The notes under the pieces are model-generated. The model saw only the letters and a program-made list of their open reading frames with translations. It did no database searches and had not been told where the DNA came from. A stretch of 64,000 nucleotides of DNA, from contig JBIOIY010000005.1 in assembly GCA_044450345.1 (NCBI GenBank), positions 1 to 64,000 of the forward strand. The letters are read 5' to 3'. Position 1 is the stretch's first letter; the number at the start of each line of letters is the position of its first letter. The translations under genes were made by a program, and so were the position numbers. Below are positions 19,932 to 28,447 of this stretch, in pieces. The stretch comes from Thermodesulfovibrionales bacterium (GTDB lineage: Bacteria > Nitrospirota > Thermodesulfovibrionia > Thermodesulfovibrionales > UBA6898).

Positions 19932-20023
19932 CCCTCCTTGACGGCAGGTCTACAATAATCCGTGTGTAACTGCCTTCCTTGCTCTCGATCATGATCCGGC
20001 CTCCCCGCGGTTATGGGCTGTCC

Positions 20024-21496
20024 TTACTTGTCCCTGATATGCTCGTATATGTTCAGGTAGTGCTGTCCGGGATGGTTCCAGGAAAAGTCGTACCGCATCC
20101 CATTGACCATCAGTTCCTTGAAGTACTGGGGATACGCATACCACATACCGATGGCGCGGTGGAGCGCCGACTCCAGTCCCTTGAAATTGAAGTCATTGAA
20201 TACGTAGCCGTTTCTTTCATGGTACGGCCTAGGCGAGTAGTCAGCGTCAAAGACGGTGTCCCTCAATCCGCCCGTTGAACGGACGACCGGGACTGTGCCG
20301 TATCTCAGCGCGATCATCTGGGTCAGCCCGCACGGTTCGAACAGACTCGGCAGCACTATCATATCCGAACCGGCATAAATGAGATGAGAGAGCTCCTCGT
20401 CAAAGCCGATCTCTAGATGGCAGTCGGGGTTGTCGTTCAGCTGCCGCTTAAGCTGCATGAAGTAGTTATTGGTCCCGTGCTCAGGGCTGGACCCGAGAAG
20501 GACAAACTGGCATCCGTTGGCAAGACAATAGAAGAGCGCATCCCTGATAAGGTCAACCCCCTTCTGGTGGTCCAGCCTGCCGACATACGAAATAATCGGC
20601 TTGTACACCTGCCGCAGAAGAAGCCTGTGGCGCAAGACATCCTTGTTTTTATATTTGTCCTGGACAGTAGCAATGGAGTACCGGCGAGAGATGTGCCCGT
20701 CTATCTCCGGGTTCCAGACGCCGTAGTCAATGCCGTTGAGGATCCCGCCCAATTTCTGCGCATGCACGTGAAGGGTTTGGCCGAGGCCGTAGGACAGAGA
20801 TGTATTCTGTATCTCCCATGCGTAACTCGGGGAGACGGTGGTCACGAAGTTCGAGTACACGATGCCGCCCTTCATCAGGTTGACCGCGGAAGGGTTGAAA
20901 TTGTCCCGAAGCCTGTCAGGATGGAGGTAATAGTCCGCCCTGCCGAGCCCGGCTGCGTGCAGTATGAACTCCCCGGTCACTCCCTGATGTTTAAGATTAT
21001 GGAGTGTATAGCATACGCGGGGATGGGTCATACCGAGATGTTTGTAGATGTCGAACAGGAGCACAGGCACGATGCCGGTCTGCCAGTCATGGCAGTGGAT
21101 GACGTCGGGATGCTTGTTAGCCTTTAACATGAATTCAAGGGCGGCCCTGCAGAAAAAGGTGAACCGCTCCGGGTCGTCGCGATGTCCGTAAAAAACACCC
21201 CTGTTGAAAAAGTTCCTCTCGGAGTGGGGCTCGATGAAAAAACATCTTCTTCCGTGGACAAACCCGAAGAAGACAGAGCAGTGGACCCAACGGTCGTAGA
21301 AGGGGACCCAGAGATCATTAAAGACCCGCTGAAGACCGTAGATCTGGTCATATCGCATGCAGTCGTATTTCGGCAGGATGATCTCTACATCATTGCCCCG
21401 TATTTCCAATTCGTGCGTGAGCCCGTATACGACGTCGGCAAGCCCTCCCACCTTGGCGACCGGTGCGCATTCCGGCGTTATCATGACGATGAACAT
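20024..21496 (-). CDS. glgA: Glycogen synthase
   Basis: KVGGLADV, IHCHDWQ, PSLFEPCGLTQM, TGGLRDTV. Confidence 0.95.
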   Translation of the reverse strand: MFIVMITPECAPVAKVGGLADVVYGLTHELEIRGNDVEIILPKYDCMRYDQIYGLQRVFNDLWVPFYDRWVHCSVFFGFVHGRRCFFIEPHSERNFFNRGVFYGHRDDPERFTFFCRAALEFMLKANKHPDVIHCHDWQTGIVPVLLFDIYKHLGMTHPRVCYTLHNLKHQGVTGEFILHAAGLGRADYYLHPDRLRDNFNPSAVNLMKGGIVYSNFVTTVSPSYAWEIQNTSLSYGLGQTLHVHAQKLGGILNGIDYGVWNPEIDGHISRRYSIATVQDKYKNKDVLRHRLLLRQVYKPIISYVGRLDHQKGVDLIRDALFYCLANGCQFVLLGSSPEHGTNNYFMQLKRQLNDNPDCHLEIGFDEELSHLIYAGSDMIVLPSLFEPCGLTQMIALRYGTVPVVRSTGGLRDTVFDADYSPRPYHERNGYVFNDFNFKGLESALHRAIGMWYAYPQYFKELMVNGMRYDFSWNHPGQHYLNIYEHIRDK

Positions 21497-21657
21497 CTTT
21501 TCCCTCTTCCTCGTGGGTGGATCGAACTGTCTGTGAAGACTTCCTGTTCCGCTGACCCGCATCTTGACGGGTCAAGGACATTGTATATCATTACCTCCGG
21601 ATCCGCCACATTTTTTATGACGCCCTTTGGGTCGTCTGCGCGATAAAATCACCCGGC

Positions 21658-22320
21658 CTAAAAAACACCCTTATGAAAACGGTACCCTTCGCAGGAGAAG
21701 ACGACCCCGTCAGGGGCAATCCGTTCCAGTATTACACCTGGCGCTGCAGCATCGCCTTCATGGAGGATCCTGCCTCCGACAGTCACAATGCGGGAGGGAG
21801 GCCTGCTGTCGTAAAAATGGCCTGAGATAGTCAGGTCTGGGAGCTTTTGCCTGACGGATAAAGGCAGCTCGCTCATATTGATCACTCTCTTATCGCCACC
21901 TGTTTTATCCGTTGAAGGACGTGGAGCCTGAGATAAAACAACGGCCGCACCATCCCCATGTCCGGCCCCATATCCCGCAGAGAAACCCGTTTCAGTCTTC
22001 ATTAACGGCTGCAGTTGTCGGACGCGAGGTCCGGGCATACCTGCCATACTTTCCTTGCCCATGTCCCGCGGCCTCTGGACCGGCGCTTTCCGGGTGACGT
22101 TCCTCACCCCGGTCTCCACATCCTTTTCAATACTCCACGGGTGGAGCCACCAGAGAACGATTCCTGCGTTCAGGAACAAGGCGAAGGCAATGAGATACCC
22201 CCAGGGGAAATGTCCCCTCCGGCCCTGCCGGCCCGAATACCCTTCAGAGATAAAATACGGTGCGGTTTCACGCCGGCGTTTTTCTTCGAGCTTCTTTAAT
22301 GCCTCAAGTATATACGACAT
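21658..22320 (-). CDS. GspB/ExeB-like protein
   Basis: MSYILEALKK N-terminus, one TM, and a C-terminal LPDLTISGHFY..ILHEGD..LERI domain; follows exeA. Confidence 0.8.
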   Translation of the reverse strand: MSYILEALKKLEEKRRRETAPYFISEGYSGRQGRRGHFPWGYLIAFALFLNAGIVLWWLHPWSIEKDVETGVRNVTRKAPVQRPRDMGKESMAGMPGPRVRQLQPLMKTETGFSAGYGAGHGDGAAVVLSQAPRPSTDKTGGDKRVINMSELPLSVRQKLPDLTISGHFYDSRPPSRIVTVGGRILHEGDAAAPGVILERIAPDGVVFSCEGYRFHKGVF

Positions 22321-22322
22321 CT

Positions 22323-23516
22323 CTAATCTTCCGTGCCCCGGATGGCCGCATCGTTGGCCTGCTCGTCCGCCTGATCGTTCTGTTTCTGTCCATGGACTTC
22401 TTCACTTGCCGGCGGCTGTCTGCGCAGCCGTCCCGTTCCAGCCCATCGGTCCTCATAACGCATCGGCACGTCCTGTTCATTGACCCCTTTCCATCGCATG
22501 GACCGTCGGTCGAACCACCACAAGGTATCGAGACGAGGACGTTCGGAAGCCTGCCCGCCCATATCGTACTCGTGCACAATTTCCGCGGCTTCCCGGGAGC
22601 GGGCGGTCCTTTGATGATAGTAAAACGCCGATAAGGCAATGCCGATGACGATAATCATCGCACCGGCAAGCAACTTCTCATATCCGGCTGTTAACAGCCC
22701 CCATTTTGCATTGCCGGAGACCTCCCGGGCAGCTTTTGCAAGCGTCACCGTATCGACCCCGTCCTTCCCCTGGACGTAGGCGCCGAGCAAGGCCCTGTCG
22801 CAGAGGACATTGATGAGCCTCGGGATACCGCCCGTAAGACGGAAGAGTTTTCTCATTGCGGACGCCGGGAATAACGTGCCGGACCCGCCTGCAACCGATA
22901 GGCGATGAGACACATAGAAGGCCACTTCTTCACCGGAAAGAGGACCGAGGTGATAGCGTGCCGTAATCCGCTGGGCCAGTTGTCGGAGTTCGCGCTTCGC
23001 CAGCATGTCCCTGAGCTCGGGCTGTCCTACCATGATGATCTGCAGGAGTTTTCGCTCATTCGTCTCGAGATTGGTCAGCAGCCTCAGCTGCTCCAGCACG
23101 TCGAAGCACAGGTTCTGAGCCTCCTCGATGATCAGTACCGCTCCTCGTCCTTTCGCATAGGTCCCGATAAGAAATTCGTTGATCCTGTCGACAAAGACCT
23201 TCACGCTTATACGCCCTTCAGGATACGCAATACCCAGTTCGTCGCAGACAGTCGCCAGAAGCTCCTCGACGGTGACCCTCGGATTCAGTATAAATGCTAC
23301 GTCTAAATCGTCGGGGATCTGTTCGAGCAAGCGTCTGCAGACGGTCGTTTTACCGGTCCCCACTTCACCGGTGAGGAGTACAAAACCTCCGTCACCACGG
23401 AGGCCATATTCAAGATGGGCGAGCGCCTCCCTATGCCCTTCGCTCATATAAAGATAGCGGGGATCGGGTGCTATGGAAAAGGGGGTCTCTTTCAGTCCGA
23501 AATATTCTTTATACAT
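22323..23516 (-). CDS. ExeA/GspA-family AAA ATPase
   Basis: MYKEYFGLKETPFSIAPDP, GEVGTGKT, IIEEAQNL, GQPEL, GIPRLINVLCDRALL. Confidence 0.9.
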   Translation of the reverse strand: MYKEYFGLKETPFSIAPDPRYLYMSEGHREALAHLEYGLRGDGGFVLLTGEVGTGKTTVCRRLLEQIPDDLDVAFILNPRVTVEELLATVCDELGIAYPEGRISVKVFVDRINEFLIGTYAKGRGAVLIIEEAQNLCFDVLEQLRLLTNLETNERKLLQIIMVGQPELRDMLAKRELRQLAQRITARYHLGPLSGEEVAFYVSHRLSVAGGSGTLFPASAMRKLFRLTGGIPRLINVLCDRALLGAYVQGKDGVDTVTLAKAAREVSGNAKWGLLTAGYEKLLAGAMIIVIGIALSAFYYHQRTARSREAAEIVHEYDMGGQASERPRLDTLWWFDRRSMRWKGVNEQDVPMRYEDRWAGTGRLRRQPPASEEVHGQKQNDQADEQANDAAIRGTED

Positions 23517-23608
23517 ACCACCAGCTTGAAGTCAGTCTCTCTAAAAGATTAATACAATAACAAAAGTAAATACAATGGCCTGTTGAAAAATCCATTTCGC
23601 CCTTAGGC

Positions 23609-23691
23609 GTCATTCCCGTGAAAACGGGTCTACGACTCGTAGAGAATCCAGGTTTTTCAGGCTTCTGGATACCCGCATGCGCGGGTATGAC
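23609..23691. repeat. GTCATTCCCG-type REP-like element with nested TCTACGACTCGTAGA palindrome
   Basis: GTCATTCCCGTGAAAACGGG[TCTACGACTCGTAGA]GAATCCAG...CTGGATACCCGCATGCGCGGGTATGAC. Confidence 0.8.
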
Positions 23692-23816
23692 AGGCATTGA
23701 CGAGAATGAGCGAGAATACTATATTCCGCCTTATAATTCCCAATAGTTTATGAATAAATGTGGGCTAGTACTTCCCAGGGGGCCGGGTGTGATATTATAA
23801 ATCACTTGGCACTTGA

Positions 23817-24545
23817 ATGATAAACAGGCATGAGATGTCGGGAATAAACAGAGATCTTCTGGGCCGGATATCCGGCGTACTGCTTTTTACAACTTTTCTT
23901 TCATTTCACATATGGTATATAAGAAGGGGGTGGCATGCGTTCACCCTCATCGGGATCATCAACAGCCTTCTCATCACCTTCACTATCATTCTGTTTCTTG
24001 CCGCTTATTTCCTGCGGACGAAAGCCGTTTCCCATTCAAGAGGATTCATGGAGACGGGATACCCGCTTTTCTGTTCAGCCCTTCCTCTTGTCATATTCCA
24101 CAATAGCGAGATATTAAAACTCTTTACCCCGTATGGCAGGTTTTCCGGACTTTTTAATTCGATTTTCGGCATTCATGATCACATACTGTTGAGATGGGAT
24201 GTCTTGCCGACGACGCTTGTAATAATCGGGAACTCCGTTACACTGATAGGGATCATATATCTGAAGCGTTCGTTCAGCATTATGGCAGAGGCAAGGCAGC
24301 CCGTATACCGGGGCATCTACAAGTATATGAGGCATCCACTCTATTTCGGCGAAGGCATGGCGACGGCCGGGATACTTGTTTTCAAGTTGTCGATGATCAA
24401 TATTGCGCTGACCGCACTCTTTATCATCGGCCAGGTCGTCAGGGCGGGCATTGAAGAAAAGAAACTGACGCTCGCCTTTCCGGAGTATGGGGAGTATAAA
24501 CAAAAAACCGGGGCCTTTTTCCCCAGACTCAGAGCGAGGGAGTAA
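23817..24545 (+). CDS. Isoprenylcysteine carboxyl methyltransferase / PEMT-family membrane protein
   Basis: SFSIMAEAR, GIYKYMRHPLYFGE, EEKKL..FPEYGEYK..T..FFP. Confidence 0.8.
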   Translation: MINRHEMSGINRDLLGRISGVLLFTTFLSFHIWYIRRGWHAFTLIGIINSLLITFTIILFLAAYFLRTKAVSHSRGFMETGYPLFCSALPLVIFHNSEILKLFTPYGRFSGLFNSIFGIHDHILLRWDVLPTTLVIIGNSVTLIGIIYLKRSFSIMAEARQPVYRGIYKYMRHPLYFGEGMATAGILVFKLSMINIALTALFIIGQVVRAGIEEKKLTLAFPEYGEYKQKTGAFFPRLRARE

Positions 24546-24609
24546 ACCCCGTGTTCGCTCAGAAAGGAATATTAATAAGCCATAACTTCTGAAATCAAAG
24601 ATGAATTTA

Positions 24610-25239
24610 TCAGGCCCCTCTGCTGTCAGTGGGTTTATATGATGCTGTTAGCTTTTCAGCGATTTCCTTGGCATGCCAAGCTATCGCCTTAATTGCATCC
24701 AAGATAACAAGAAACAGCGGAGACGCATTAGGCATGCATAGCCCCTCGATAAGCCGCTCTTCATGCATGGTTGCAAAGTCGTTGGCCCTCCTGTCTATCT
24801 CTGCTACCGATTCTTTTACGTATTCCCTTATTATTGCATTCCTCGCTAAGATTATATCGCTTACGTTATTTAATACTTCCCTCATTCTTTCCATAAGAAA
24901 GGTTATTTCTGAGGCCGCTCCATCACTGAAGAAAATACCCTCCCTTATTTTTTCCCTTTTACAACGAATGATATCATCAATAAAATGCCCCATTCTTTCT
25001 ATATGTCCGGGAACGGGAACATACACTCTTAGGACAAGATATTCCTTCGCTCTCTCAACTAATTCCGCAGTAAGTATCTTTTCGTTCTCCTTTATCTCCT
25101 TTATCTTCGCCTCGCATACTTCAAGTGACTTTGAAGAATTATAAATCAGTGCGTTCTGCAGAAGGTAAACACATTCCTCCGCATTTTGGCTCATATCATG
25201 GAGTTTACTGACAAGTTCCTTCGGAGATATCTCTTTCAT
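24610..25239 (-). CDS. PhoU-like helical protein resembling the C-terminal domain of Na/Pi cotransporters
   Basis: HIERMG and HEERLIEGLC..AS..F..ILD..K.IA.H motifs; AT-rich. Confidence 0.6.
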   Translation of the reverse strand: MKEISPKELVSKLHDMSQNAEECVYLLQNALIYNSSKSLEVCEAKIKEIKENEKILTAELVERAKEYLVLRVYVPVPGHIERMGHFIDDIIRCKREKIREGIFFSDGAASEITFLMERMREVLNNVSDIILARNAIIREYVKESVAEIDRRANDFATMHEERLIEGLCMPNASPLFLVILDAIKAIAWHAKEIAEKLTASYKPTDSRGA

Positions 25240-25489
25240 AGTACCACCCCACATTTCTAATGGAGTATTTGCTCAAATCATAGCAGAGTCTTTATCTACT
25301 GGCAATGCATATTCCACTTAAAATCTTCATTTCTTAGAGAATGGCCCAGGCGCTGACTGCAGGAAGCACACCACGCACCGGGTATGCTGGCGGTCGGCTG
25401 TCAGGTACTGTGAGAAAACATTTCAGAAAACGTACGGCGAGCTACTTAAATAGTGCTGCGGTTGGTTATAATATGGCAGTAGAAAAACA

Positions 25490-26041
25490 ATGACAAAAAC
25501 CGCAATCGTCGATATAGACAATACCTTATGGCAATTCTGTGATGCCTTTTATGAGGAATTGCGGAAGGTGAACAAGGACTTTCCGATCCCCGATAAATGG
25601 AGCCGATGGGATATTTGGGAGGGATACTGTACAGAGGATGATTTCTACAAGGCAGTCAATGCCATTCACGTCAATCAGGACAGTGACGGATATTTGCCTT
25701 ACCCTGAATCAAAGAACTTCCTTGAGACCATGGCGCGCGAGGGATATCACATCACGATAGCGAGTCATCGGTCCCCTGATTTCATGCCTCAGACCGAGAG
25801 ATGGCTGGATAAGCATGGTCTGGTGCATGACGAGCTGCATCTTTCCTTCAATAAGACCAGCCTGTTTAATGAACTGACTGCGGTAGTCGTGGACGATTCC
25901 CCCGATGTCTTGGAGAAGGCTGTTGAAAATGGTGCATTGGCAACAGGGCTGCTGTTCCCCTGGAACCGGGCGTATAGCGGTAATGGATTCAGGCTATGCA
26001 GTAACCTCGATGAGATCCTGGAGGGTATCCTCAGGCGATAA
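25490..26041 (+). CDS. HAD-superfamily 5'(3')-deoxyribonucleotidase-like protein
   Basis: VDIDNTL, IASHR, VVDDSP, PWN. Confidence 0.75.
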   Translation: MTKTAIVDIDNTLWQFCDAFYEELRKVNKDFPIPDKWSRWDIWEGYCTEDDFYKAVNAIHVNQDSDGYLPYPESKNFLETMAREGYHITIASHRSPDFMPQTERWLDKHGLVHDELHLSFNKTSLFNELTAVVVDDSPDVLEKAVENGALATGLLFPWNRAYSGNGFRLCSNLDEILEGILRR

Positions 26042-26091
26042 TGAGCTATAGGATGCGTAAGACGCAAATTGCAAAGATGAGCTATCAACCC

Positions 26092-27477
26092 TCAGAACGC
26101 GGCCAGGGACTTGAGGGTGCGGAGCCTGCTCGGGTGCTTCAGCTTCCTCATCGCCTGGACCTCGATCTGTCGCACCCTTTCACGGGTTATTGAGAGGCGC
26201 TTTCCGACCTCTTCGAGCGTGTGGTCCCTGTCCACCCCAATGCCGAACCTCATCCTCAGCACCCTCTCCTCGCGATGGGAAAGCGTCTTCAGGATCTTGA
26301 GCACATGTCTGGATATCTCCTTCTTCTCGACATCCACATCCGGAGGCGGCGTGCTGCCGTCGCTGATGAAGTCTTCGAGGTCGGCACTTTCGTCGCCTAT
26401 CGGGGTCTGGAGGGCTACCGGCGTCTGCACTGCCTTTATGACTTCTTCGACCTTCCTCGCCGGGATCCCCATTTTTTTTGCTATCTCCCTTGTTCCGGGT
26501 TCCCTTCCATGCTCCTGAATCAACTGCGCTGTCGCCCGGCTGACCCTGTTATAAAAATCCATAATGTGCACAGGCACCCTGATGGTCTTGGACTGGTCGA
26601 TGAGGGCGCGGGATATAGCCTGCCTTATCCACCAGGTGGCGTAAGTGCTGAACTTGAAACCCATTTGATACTTGAACCTGTCTACCGCCTTCAACAAACC
26701 TATGTTGCCTTCCTGGACAAGGTCCAGTAGAGGAAGCCCCCTCCCCACATAATACTTGGCGACATTAATGACCAGCCTCAGGTTTCTCGTTATCAGTTCA
26801 TTCTTGGCCCCGGCGATCGACTCCCTGGCCCTCGTGATCATTTCCCACTTGACCTTTAATTCCCCGATATTGATCTTCACCTTCGAGCCGGCAAACCGGT
26901 ATTCGCAGCGGCCCCCGCTCACGTGCGCACCATACGCTGCCGCGCCTAGGGCTTTGTATGAGGCCGAATCCGGTCGTTCCGGAACTATATAGTCCCGCAC
27001 GACAAGTTTATCGGACCTTGCCGTCCTTTCCATAATATCTTCGAGTATGTCCAGACAAACCTCCAAAGCCTTCGCTTCCTTTTCCTCCTGCGGAACGTCC
27101 AGACTTGCCTCGACCCCGCGGTACAGAGGCAGGGACTTTACTATTTCGCCGATGCACTTTTTTCCCTCCTCGAGCCTCCTCGAGAGCGAGATCTCCTGAT
27201 CTCTTGTAAGCACCCGTATATCACCCAAGGAATGAAAATACTGCTGAACAAGGTTCTGCCCGCGTTGACCGTACGGGGTCTGCTCTATGATCTCTCCATC
27301 TTCCGCGATCTCCGATTCGAGTTCAGAGAGATAGGCCTCATCTTCTTCGGGAAGTCCGAAATCCTCCCGTGTCTCCCCGGCTTCGCACATATCCGGAAAT
27401 TCCGGAGTTTCATCGCAGACTATGGTACCGCACACTTCCCTCTCGATGTCTTCCTGAAAAATATTGTTTCTTCTCAT
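26092..27477 (-). CDS. RpoD-like sigma70-family factor (paralog)
   Basis: NLRLVINVAK, DLVQEGNIGL, KFSTYATWWIRQ, TLEEVG..TRERVRQIE. Confidence 0.92.
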   Translation of the reverse strand: MRRNNIFQEDIEREVCGTIVCDETPEFPDMCEAGETREDFGLPEEDEAYLSELESEIAEDGEIIEQTPYGQRGQNLVQQYFHSLGDIRVLTRDQEISLSRRLEEGKKCIGEIVKSLPLYRGVEASLDVPQEEKEAKALEVCLDILEDIMERTARSDKLVVRDYIVPERPDSASYKALGAAAYGAHVSGGRCEYRFAGSKVKINIGELKVKWEMITRARESIAGAKNELITRNLRLVINVAKYYVGRGLPLLDLVQEGNIGLLKAVDRFKYQMGFKFSTYATWWIRQAISRALIDQSKTIRVPVHIMDFYNRVSRATAQLIQEHGREPGTREIAKKMGIPARKVEEVIKAVQTPVALQTPIGDESADLEDFISDGSTPPPDVDVEKKEISRHVLKILKTLSHREERVLRMRFGIGVDRDHTLEEVGKRLSITRERVRQIEVQAMRKLKHPSRLRTLKSLAAF

Positions 27478-27605
27478 CCCGTACCTGCCATTCTTTTGAT
27501 TTTCTCCGGGAGACCCATGCGATTACTGTCCAAGCGATACGCCCTTCCAGTGCTGCGCAGACTTCGCTCCTCCCATTCAGATTACTTACAGGGAGAACAA
27601 ATTGA

Positions 27606-27621
27606 TGTAATCCAAATCACA
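27606..27621. promoter_or_regulatory. CRP-type box TGTAA-N6-TCACA
   Basis: One mismatch to TGTGA-N6-TCACA, in the gap between the divergent sigma and crp-family genes. Confidence 0.6.
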
Positions 27622-27693
27622 ATACGGGTGAACACCTCCGGTAACGAACGTTTACATTACCGGCATATTTGCGGTAACCTTTACCTATATAGC

Positions 27694-28374
27694 ATGGAAA
27701 ATGTAAAAATCGAATTCCTGAAGAATATCGCACTCTTTCATTCTCTCACCGACGAGGAATTGCTCCAGATCAGCAACAGGATCATCGTCAAGGAATTTTC
27801 GAGAAACGAGACGATCCTCCGTGAGGAAGAAACTACCGAATTCATGTATATCATATTGCTGGGGAAGGTGAAAGTCGTCCAGATTACCGAGGAGGGGAAG
27901 GAGATCATCCTCGCGATCCATCAGGCAGAAAAGTTTTTCGGTGAACTTTCCCTGATAGACGGGAAAACGTCCAGTGCAACGGTAATAGCCATGGAAGACT
28001 CCCTGATAGCCATTATTTCAAAGAAGAACTTCTTCGCCCTTCTTTACAGCCAGAGCAAGGTGCTTGAGAACCTTCTCCTCATACTCTGCTCACGCCTTCG
28101 CGAGTCATGGAAACGGATCCACATATTGAATTTCAGGGAGGCGCCGCTGAGGATAAAGATGCTGCTTACGATCCTCTCAGGAGAAAACGGTGAAAAGACA
28201 CCGGACGGGACGGTCCTCAACCTGAAGCTGACGCATCAGGAAATAGCCGATATGTCGGGGCTCACTCGCGAGACGGTCACCAGAGTGCTCGGGCAGTGGC
28301 AAAGGGAAGGATTGATAACGGTTTTCAGGAACAGGCATATCCTCCTGCATAACAGTTTTTCCCTGAAGGACTAG
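27694..28374 (+). CDS. Crp/Fnr-family transcriptional regulator
   Basis: cNMP domain FFGELSLID and HTH LTHQEIADMSGLTRETVTR. Start at ATG 27694, not the long ORF start. Confidence 0.92.
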   Translation: MENVKIEFLKNIALFHSLTDEELLQISNRIIVKEFSRNETILREEETTEFMYIILLGKVKVVQITEEGKEIILAIHQAEKFFGELSLIDGKTSSATVIAMEDSLIAIISKKNFFALLYSQSKVLENLLLILCSRLRESWKRIHILNFREAPLRIKMLLTILSGENGEKTPDGTVLNLKLTHQEIADMSGLTRETVTRVLGQWQREGLITVFRNRHILLHNSFSLKD

Positions 28375-28380
28375 ACCGGA

Positions 28381-28447
28381 AATAATTGGTAGTTTCCTGG
28401 GAGACTACCCAATAATTTGGTAGTGTCCTAGGACACTACCAATTATT
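28381..28447. repeat. Tandem pair of GGTAG...CTACC palindromes between convergent genes
   Basis: Perfect 26-bp palindrome TTGGTAGTGTCCTAGGACACTACCAA (28417-28442), preceded by a degenerate copy. Confidence 0.7.

Noticed and set aside
27232..27693. N-terminal extension of the Crp ORF
   Set aside because: It overlaps the sigma gene on the other strand; the Crp domain starts at 27694.
28381..28447. CRISPR array
   Set aside because: Only two units, no spacers and no cas genes.
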